Assembly: GCA_009914755.4 (NCBI GenBank)
Contig: CP086569.2
Span: forward strand, 62,016,001 to 62,080,000
Direction: 5' to 3'
Source of the DNA: the human T2T-CHM13v2.0 reference genome, Homo sapiens
DNA: 64,000 bases
Shown: positions 55,201 to 64,000 of the stretch, in pieces
How positions within the stretch are numbered: the first letter of the stretch is position 1
Layout of the letters: each line of letters starts with the position of its first letter
The notes under the pieces: generated by a model
Told to the model about the DNA's origin: nothing
The model's database searches: none
Seen by the model: the letters and a program-made list of their open reading frames with translations, nothing else
Program-made: the position numbers and the translations under genes

Positions 55201-56789
55201 TTTCTTTTGACAGGATCCCACTCTGTCACTCAGGCTGGTGTGCAGTGGCACAATCTCAGCTCACATATCATTTCATCATTCCACTCCATTCCATTCCATT
55301 CCACTGCACTCCACTCCACTCAATTCCACTCCACTCTACTCCAATCCATTCCATTCCATTCCAATCCCTTCCATTCCACTCCTTTCTTTTGACAGGATCT
55401 CCCTGTGTCACACATTTCTTTTCACCATTTCATTCCATTCCATTCCACTGCATTCCATTCCATTCCCTTCCACTCCACTCCACTCCTCTCCATTCCACTC
55501 CAGTCCACTCCACTCCATTCCAATCCGTGCCACTCCATTCCACTCCACTCCATTCCATTCCACTCTACTCCACTCCACTCAATTCCACTCCACTCAATTC
55601 CACTCCACTCCACTGCATTCCATTGCACTCCATTCCATTCCGTTCCATTCCTTTCTTTCCACAGGATCTCACTCGGTCACAAAGGCTGGAGTGCAGTGGC
55701 ACAATCTCAGCTGACATTTCTTTTCACCATTCCATTGCATTCCATTCCATCCCATTCCATTCCACTGTATTTCACTCCACTCCACTCCACTCCGTTCCAC
55801 TCCATGCCATTCCATTCCACTCCACTCCACTCCATTGCTTTCCATTCCTTTCCTTCGACAGGATATCTCTGTGTCACCCTGGCTGGAGTGCAGTGGCACA
55901 ATCTCAGCTCACATTACATGTCATCTTTCCATTGCGTTGCATTCTATTCCATTGCATTCCATTCCATTCCATTCCTTTCCATTCTGTTCCATTCCATTCA
56001 ATTCTCTTCCATTCCACTCTGTTCCACTCCACTCCCCTCCACTGCACTACATTCCATTACATCCGATTCCATTACACTCCATTCCAGTCCTCTCCACTCC
56101 AGTGCACTCCACTCCACTCCATTCCACTCCATCCCGTTCCATTCCGCTCCATCCCACTGCACTCCACTCCACCCCTCTCCACTCCTCTTCCTTCATTCCA
56201 TTCCATTCCACCTTTTTCCATTCCTCTTGATTGCACTCCAATCCACTTCACTCCACTCCACTCCAATCCATTCCATTCCATTCCACTGCATTCAATTCCA
56301 TTCCTTTCTTTAGAGAGTATCTCACTCTGTCACCAAGCCTGGAGTGCAGTGGCACAATCTCAGCTCACATTTCATTTCACCATTCCATTGCATTCTACTC
56401 CATTAAATTCCACTCCACTCCACTCCAATCCATTCCACTCCACTCCACTCCATTCCAGTCCACTCCAGTCCTTTCCATTCCATCCCATTCCATTCCACTC
56501 CTTTCTACTCCACTCCACTGCTCTCAACTCCATTACATTCCATTCCACTCCATTCCATTCCAGTACTTTCTTTTGACTGTATCTCACTCTGTCACCCAGG
56601 CTGGTGTGCAGTGGCACAATCTCAGCTCACATTTCATTTCACCATTCCATTCCATTCCATTCCACTGCACTGCACTCCACTCAATTCCACTCCACTCTAC
56701 TCCAATCCGTTCCATTCCATTTCAATCCCTTCCATTCCACTCCTTTCTTTCGACAGGGTCTCCCTCTGTCACACAGGCTGTAGTGCAGG
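49215..56789. repeat. Composite satellite of CCACT/CATTC pentamer blocks interrupted every ~190-580 bp by the same ~60-bp Alu 3'-end fragment (about 23 copies, minus orientation). The higher-order periodicity is ~1.3-1.6 kb.
   Basis: 'CAGTGGCACAATCTC' recurs at ~49568, 50144, 50577, 50826, 51015, 51217, 51450, 51910, 52097, 52290, 52680, 53080, 53457, 53685, 53860, 54360, 54548, 54965, 55244, 55690, 55890, 56345 and 56607. Diagnostic variants recur at longer spacing. '…ACATTACATGTCAACTTTCC' appears at 50144, 51440, 54340 and 55890. 'CTCCCTGTGTCACACAGGCTGTAGCACAGTGG' appears at 52260, 53840 and 56760. Confidence 0.8.
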
Positions 56790-59700
56790 TGATGAGACTA
56801 TTTTATAGTCTCTGTGTATGGGGGCATTTTGACCTATCTCTGCACTGATCACCCAAGTGATGTAACACTTGACTATGCTCTGCCTATTGGGGCATAGTGA
56901 CATATCACTGCATTGATCACTCAGATGTTGTAGCTCTTGCCTAGGCTCTGCCTACATGGGCATTGTGACACATCTCTGAACTGATCAACCAAGTGATGTA
57001 ACCCTTGTCTAGGCTCTGCCTACAGGAGCTTTGTGACATATCTCTGCACTGATCACCCAGGTGATGGGACTTTTGTCTAGGCTCTGCCTACAGTGGCATT
57101 GTGACATATCTCTACAGTAATCAACCAGGTGATGTAACTCTTGTCTAGGCTCTGCCTACAGGGGGCTTTGTGGTATAACTCTGCACTGATCACCCAGGTG
57201 ATGGGACTCTTCTCTAGGTTCTGCCTATTGGGGGCATTGTCACATATTTCTGCACTGATCACCCAGGTGACGGACTCTTGTCTTGGATCTGCCTATGGAG
57301 GCAATGCGACATATCTCTGAACTAATCACCCAGGTGATGTAACTCTTGTTTAGGCTCTGGCCACAGGGACATAGTGACATATATCTGCACTGATCACACA
57401 GGTAATGTAACTCTTCTCTAGTCTCTGCCTACAGAGGGCGTTGTGACATCACTCTGCAATGATCACCCAGGTGATGTAACCATTGTCTAGGCTCTACCTA
57501 CATGGACATTGTAACATGTCTCTGCACTGATCACCCAGGTGATGTAAATTTTGTCTAGGCTCTGCTCACAGGGGCATTTTGACATATCTCTGCACTGATC
57601 ACCGACATGATGTAACTCTTCTCTGGGCTTTGCCGACAGGACTAATTGAGACATATCTCTGCACTGATCACCGAGGTGATGCAACTCTTGTCTGGGCTCT
57701 CCTTACAGGGCGCATTGTGACATATCTGCCCTGATCACCCAGGTGATATAACTCATTTCTAGGTTCTGCCTACAGGGGCGTTATGACATATCTCTGAAGT
57801 GATCACCGAGGTGATGTAACTCCTGTCTAGGCATTGCTTACAGGGTGCATTGTAACATATCTCTGCACTGATCACCCAGGTGATGTAACCCTTGTCTAGG
57901 ATCTGACTAAAGGTTGCTTTGTCACATAACTTTGCACTGATCATCCATGTGATGGGGCTTTTGTCCAGGCTCTGCCTATGAGGGCATTGTGACGTATTTC
58001 TGCACTGATCATCCAGGTGACAGACTCTTGTCTTGCATCTGCCTCTGGGGGCACTGTGAAATATCTCTGCACTGATCACCCAGGTGATGTAACTGTTATA
58101 TAAGCTCTGCCTACAGGGGAATTGTGAGAGATCTCTCCACGGATCACCCAAGTGATGTAACAATTGTCTAGGCTTTGCCTACAGGGGGTTTTGTGACATA
58201 TCTTTGCACTGATCACCCAGGTGATGTAACTCATCTAAGCTCTGCCTACAGGGGCCTTGTGACATATCTCTGCACTGATCACCCCGGGGAGAGAATTCTT
58301 GTCTAGGCTCTGCCTACAAGGGGCTTTTTGACATATCTCTGCACTGATCACCTAGGTGATGTAACTCTGATCTACCCTCTTCCTACAGGGGGCATTGTGA
58401 AGTATGTCTGCACTGATCACCCAGTTGATGCAACTCTTGTCTAGGATCTGCTGACAGGAGGTATTGTAAAATATCTCTGCACTGATCACCTGGGTGATGT
58501 AACTCGTCTACCCTCTGCCTACAGGGGGTATTGTGAAATATCTCTGCACTGATCAACTAGGTGATGTAACTCTTGTCTAGGCTCTGCCTACAGGGGCGTT
58601 TTGACATATCTCTGAACTGATGACAAAAGTGATGTAACTCTTGCCTAGGCTTTGCCTACAGGGGACATTGTGACATATCTCTGCACTGATCACCCAGGTG
58701 ATGCAACTCTTCTCTATGCTCTGCCTACAAACGGCATTGTGACATATCTCTGCACTGATCACCCAGGTGAAGTAACTTTTCCAGTCTCTGCCTACAGAGG
58801 GCGTTGTGACATCATTCTACACGGATCACCAGGGTTATGTAAGTCTTGTCTAGGCTCTGCCTATGGGAGCACTGTGACGTATCTCTGCACTGATCATCTA
58901 GGAGATGTGACTCTTGTCTAAGCTCTGCCTACAGGGGCATTGGGACATATCTCTGCACTGATCACTGAGATGATGTAACACTTGTCAAGGCTTTGCCTAC
59001 AGTGAGATTTATGACATATCTCTGCACTGATCACCCAGTTGATGTAACTCTTGTCTAGGCTCAGCTTACAGGGGGTATTGTGAGATATCTCTGCACTGAT
59101 CACCCAGGTGATGTAACTCTTGTTAGGCTCTGCCTACAGGGGCATTTTAACATATCACTGCACTGATCACCGAGATGATGTAACTTGTACAGGCTTCGCT
59201 GACAGAGGTCTTTGAGACATATCACTTCACTGATCACCGAGGTGATGCAACTCTTGTCTGGGATCTGCCTACAGGGGGCATTGTGACATATCTCTGCATT
59301 GATCACCGAGGTGATGTAACTCTTGTCTAGGCTCTGCCTGCTGGAGACATTGTGACATATCTCTGCACTGATCACCCAGGTGATGTAACTCTTGTCTAGG
59401 CTCTGCCTACATGGACATTGTGACATGTCTCTGCACTGATCACCCAGGTGATGTAAATTTTTTCTAGGCTCTGCCCTCAGGGGCATTTTGACATATCTCT
59501 GCACTGATGACCTAGATGATGTAATTCTTTTCTGGGCTTTGCCGACAGGAGACATTGAGACATATCTCTGTACTGAACACGGAGGTGATGCAACTCTTGT
59601 GTGGGCTCTGCCTACAGGGGGCATTGTGACATATCTCTGCCCTGATCACCCAGGTGATGTAACTCTTGTCTAGGCTCTGCCTAAAGGGGGTATTGTGACA

Positions 59701-62700
59701 TATCTCTGCACTGATCACATAGGTGATGTAACTTTTTCTAGGCTCTGCCTACAGGGGCGTTTTGACATATCTCTGAAGTGATCACCGAGGTTATGTAACT
59801 CTTGTCTAGGCTTTGCCTACAGGGGGCATTGTAATATATCTCTGCACTGATCACCCAGGTGGTGCAACTCTTCTCTAGGCTCTTCTTACAGGGGGCATTG
59901 TGACATATCTCTGCACTGATCACGCAGGTGACTTAACTCTTCTCTAGGCTCTGCCTACAAGGTGCTTCGTGACATCACTCTGTATTGATCATCAAGGTGA
60001 TGTAACTTTTGTCTAGGCTCTGCCTAAGGGGGCATTGTGACATACCTCTGCACTGATCACTGAGGTGATGTGAACCCTGTCTAAGCTCTCCCTATGGGTG
60101 CATTGTGAGATATCTCTGCACTGATTCCCCAGATGATGCAACTCCTTTCTAGGCTTTGCCTAAAGGGGGATTTGTCACATCTCTATAGTGATCACCCAGG
60201 TGATGTAACCCATTTCTAGGCTCTGCCTACAGGGGAATTGTGACATATCACTGCACTGATCACCCAGGTGATGTAACTCTTCTTTAGGGTGTACTTTCAG
60301 GGGGCTTTGTGACGTACCTCTGCACTGATCAACTAGGCGATATAACTCTTTTCTAGGCTTTGCCCTGAGGGGGCATTGTTACATATCTCCATACTGATCA
60401 CCCAGGTAATGCAACTCTTTTCTACTCTCTGCCTACAGCGGCATTGTGACTTATCACTACACTGATAACACAGGTGATGGGACTCTTCCCTACACTCTGC
60501 CTACAGGGGTCTTCATGACATATCTCTGCACTGATAACTCAGGTGATGGGACTTTTCTCTATACTCTGCCTAAAGGGGGATTTGTGACATTTCTGCACCG
60601 ATAACCCAGGTGATGGAAGTCTTGTCTAGGCTCTGTCTACAGGGATTTTTGTGACATATCACTGCACTGATCACCTAGATGATGTAACTCTCATCTAGGC
60701 TCTGCCTACAGAGGCATTTTGATGTATCACTTCACTGATCACCCAGGTGATATAACTCTTGTCTAGCCTCCGCCTACGGGGGTATTGTGACATATCTCTG
60801 CACTGATCACCCAGGCAATGCAACTCTTCTCTAGGCTCTGCCTACAGGGGTCTTTGTGACATATCTCTGCACTGATCACCCAGGTGATGGAAGTCTTGTT
60901 TAGGCTCTGTCTATGGGGTCATTGTGTCAAATATCTGCACTGATCACCCAGGTGATGTAACTCTTGTTTAGGCTCTGTCTGAAAGGATTTTTGTGACGTA
61001 TCACTGCACTGATCACTTAGATGATTTAATTCTTGTCTAGGCTCTGCCTACAGGGGCATTTTGATGTATCATTGTATTCATTACCCAGGTGATGTAACTC
61101 TTGTCTAGGCTCTGCCTATAGGGGGCATTGCGACATATCTCTGCACTGATCACCCAGCTGATGGAACACTTGTCAAGGCTCTGCCTACATGGGCATTGTG
61201 ACACATCTCTGAACTTATCAACCAAGCGATGTAACTCTTGTCTAGCCTCTGCCTACAGGGGTTTTGTGACATATCTCTGCACTGATCACCCAGCTGATGG
61301 AACTTTTGTCTAGGCTCTGCCTACGGGGGCATTGTGACATATCTCTACACTGACCACCCAGGTGATATAACTCTTGTGTTGGATCTGCCTATGGGGACAT
61401 TGCGACATATTTCTGCACTGATCACCCAGGTGATGGGACTCTTTTCCAGGCTCTGTGTATGGGGGCTTTGTGACATATCTCTGCACTGATCACCTACGTG
61501 ATGAAACCTTTGACTAGGCTCTGCCTACTGGGGCATAGTGACATATCACAGCATTGATCACTCAGATGATGTAACTATTGTCTAGGTTCTGCTTAAAGGG
61601 GCCTTGTCACATATCTCTGCACTGCTCATCCAGCTGATGAAACATTTGTCTAGGCTCTGCCTACATAGGCATTGTGACACATCTCTGAATTGATAAACCA
61701 AATGATGTAACTCTTGTCTAGGCTCTACCTACAGGGGCTTTGTGACATATCTCTGTACTGATCAGCCATGTGATGGGACTTTTGTCTAGGCTCTGCCTAC
61801 GGGGGCATTTTGACATATCTCTACACTGATAATCGAGGTGATTTAACTCTTGTGTTGGATCTGCCTAGGGGGCATTGTGACATATTTCTGCACTGATCAC
61901 CCTGGTGATGGGACTCTTGTCTAGGCTCTGTGTATGGGGGCTTTGTGACATATCTCTGCACTGATGACCCAGGTGATGTAATGCTTGACTAGGCTCTGCC
62001 TACTGGCGCATAGTGACATATCACTGCATTGATCACCGAGGTGATGTAACTGTTGTCCAGGCTCTGCCTATAGGGGGCCTTGTGACATACCTCTGCACTG
62101 ATCATCTAGGTGATGTAACTCTTGCTTATGCTCTGCCTGCAGGGGCATTGTGAAATATCTCTTTACTGAACCACCAGGTGATGTAAATCTTGTCTAGGCT
62201 CTGCCTACAGAGGGCATTGTGGCATAACTCAGCACTGATCACCTAGGTGATGGGACTCTTCTCTAGGCTCTGCCTACAGCGGTCATTGTCACATATTTCT
62301 GCACTGATCATCTAGGTGACGGACTCCTGTCTTGGATGTGCCTATGGGGGCATTGTGACATATCTCTGCACTGCTCACCCAGGTGATGTAACTCTGGTGT
62401 AAGCTCTGCCTAAAGGGGCACCGTGACAGATCTCTGCACTGATCACTCAGGTGATGTAACCATTGTCTAGGCTCTGCTTAAAGGGGCCTTGTCACATATC
62501 TCTGCACTGATCACCCAGGTGATATAACTCTTGTCTAGGCTCTGCTTACAGGGGGTATTTTGGCATATCTCTGCACTGGTCACCTAACTGATGTAACACT
62601 TGAGTAGGCTCTGCCTGCAGTGGCATTTTGACATACCTCTGCCCTGATAAGCAAGGTGATTTAACCCTTGTCTACGCTGTTCCCACAGGGGGATTGAGAC

Positions 62701-64000
62701 GTATCTCTGCACTGATCCCGAGGTGATCCAACTCTTTTCTGGGCTCTGCCTACTGGGGACATTGTGACATATCTCTGCACTGATCTCCCTGGTGATGTAA
62801 CATTTGTCTGGGCTCTGGCTACACGGCATTGTGACATATCACTGCACTTATCACCCAGGTGATATAACTCTTGTCTAGGCTCTGCCTACAGGAGGCTTGT
62901 GACATACCTCTGCACTGCTCACCCAGGTGATGTAACTCTTGTCTAGGATCTGCCTACAGGGTGCTTTGTGACATATCCCTGCAATGATCACCCAGATGAT
63001 GTACCACTTGTCAAGGCTCTGCCTACAGGGGCATTGCGATGTATCTGCACTGATCACCTAAGTCATGTAACTCTTATCTAGGCTCTGCCAACAGTGGCAT
63101 TGTGACATATCTCTGCACTGATCACCCCGTGGAGAGAATTCTTGTCTAGGCTCTGCCTACAGGGGCCTTTGTGAGAGATCTCTGCACTGATCACCTAGGT
63201 GATATAAAACTTATAAGCTCTGCCTACAGGGAATTTTGACAAATCTCTGTACTGATCACCTAGGTGATGTAACTCTTGTCTACCCTCTGCCTACAGGGGG
63301 CATTGTGAAATATCTCTGCACTGATAACCCAAGTGATGCAACTCTTGTCTAGGATCTGCCTACAGGGGGTATTGTGAAATATCTCTGCACCGATCAACTA
63401 GGTGATGTAACTCTTTTCTAGGCTCTGCCTACAGGGGCGTTTTGACATATCTCTGAACTGATGAGAAAGGTGATGTAACTCTTGCCTAGGCTTTGCCTAC
63501 AGGGGACATTGTGACATATCTCTGCACGGATCACCCAGGTGATGTAACTCTTTTCTAGTCTATGCCTACGGACGGTGTTGTGACATCACTCTGCACATAT
63601 CACCCGGGTTATGTAACTCTTGTCTGGGCTCTGCTTATGGGAGCATTGTGACTTATCTCTGCACTGATCACCCAGGTGATGTAACTCTTGTCTAAGCTCT
63701 GCCTACAGGGGCATTGGGACATATCTCTACACTGATCACTGAGGTGATGTAACACTTGTCTAGGTTTTGCCTACAGTAGGATTTATGACATATCTCTGCA
63801 CTGATCTCCCAGTTGATGTAATTCTTGCCTAAGCTCTGCTTACAGGGGTATTGTGAGATCTCTGCACTGATCACCCAGGTGATATAATTCTTGTCTAGGC
63901 TCTGCGAACAGGGGCATTTTAACTTATCACTGCACTGATCATCGAGGTGATGCAACTCTTGTCTGGGATCTGCCTACGGGTGGCATTGTGACATATCTCT
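56790..64000. repeat. Beta satellite (68-69-bp Sau3A/GATC monomer family) of about 105 monomers, running to the window end. The higher-order repeat is ~4.85 kb.
   Basis: The monomer is approximately TGTGACATATCTCTGCACTGATCACCCAGGTGATGTAACTCTTGTCTAGGCTCTGCCTACAGGGGGCAT with a period of 68-70 bp, e.g. 'TGTGACAT' at 59351 and 59420. A GATC site lies in every monomer. Long stretches match at an offset of ~4850 bp, e.g. 58270-59300 vs 63120-64000. Confidence 0.8.

Noticed and set aside
45293-56848. Very long ORFs on both strands (e.g. 750 aa at 54324-56576 plus, 587 aa at 52092-53855 plus, and many MEWNGMEWN… minus-strand ORFs)
   Set aside because: They lie entirely in pentameric (CATTC/CCACT)n satellite. 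Pentamer repeats lack stop codons in several frames and give periodic peptides such as HSIPFHSIPF and MEWNGMEWNG. They have no start-codon context, no frame conservation and no domain. They are repeat artefacts.
57077-63955. ORFs of 60-174 aa throughout the beta-satellite array (e.g. 59100-59624 minus, 57759-58163 minus)
   Set aside because: They are periodic translations of a 68-69-bp tandem repeat (…ISAEICHNAPCRQSLDKSYITWV… repeating). The frames drift because 68 is not a multiple of 3. They are not coding.
45429-64000. Regular direct repeats as a possible CRISPR array
   Set aside because: This is eukaryotic (primate) DNA with Alu and L1 elements. The repeats are contiguous satellite monomers without unique spacers, and there is no cas context.

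Overview
This window is primate, almost certainly human, satellite-rich heterochromatin of the pericentromeric, acrocentric short-arm or Yq12 type. I can support no protein-coding gene, rRNA, tRNA or CRISPR feature. Every long ORF in the six-frame track lies in tandem satellite sequence and is a repeat artefact, with no intact reading frame supportable. Layout from 5' to 3', coordinates approximate to within about 10-20 bp: (1) 1-9785 is a ~2.39 kb tandem array of at least four units. Each unit is ~1.8 kb of AT-rich low-complexity sequence, an old minus-strand Alu, and ~550 bp of complex sequence. This is the published organisation of HSat1B (DYZ2-like). (2) 9785-21350 is degenerate multi-kb tandem-repeat sequence carrying a 5'-inverted (twin-priming-type) L1, a small L1 3'UTR fragment and two Alu insertions. 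(3) 21350-25310 is low-copy sequence with one Alu insertion and AT-rich low-complexity tracts. (4) 25312-36955 is an Alu-bounded ~5.4 kb tandem duplication of the form Alu-body-Alu-body-truncated Alu. (5) 36956-41480 is a 1.87 kb tandem repeat of about 2.4 units, related to block 2. (6) 40070-45385 is a direct paralogue of 9785-15335. It includes the same inverted L1 but is truncated inside the L1 by a (GT)n(AT)n microsatellite at 45386-45428. (7) 45429-49215 is (CATTC)n HSat3-type satellite. (8) 49215-56789 is a composite CCACT/CATTC satellite regularly punctuated by an identical ~60-bp Alu 3'-end fragment, with a ~1.3-1.6 kb higher-order period. (9) 56790-64000 is ~68-69-bp beta satellite (Sau3A/GATC family) showing a higher-order repeat of ~4.85 kb. 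I found no sign of a novel biological system, and certainly not a prokaryotic one. The points worth a second look are structural: five sharp array and duplicon junctions, several with microhomology or microsatellites; paralogous blocks that predate or postdate dated transposon insertions; and the higher-order structures of the composite HSat3 and beta-satellite arrays.
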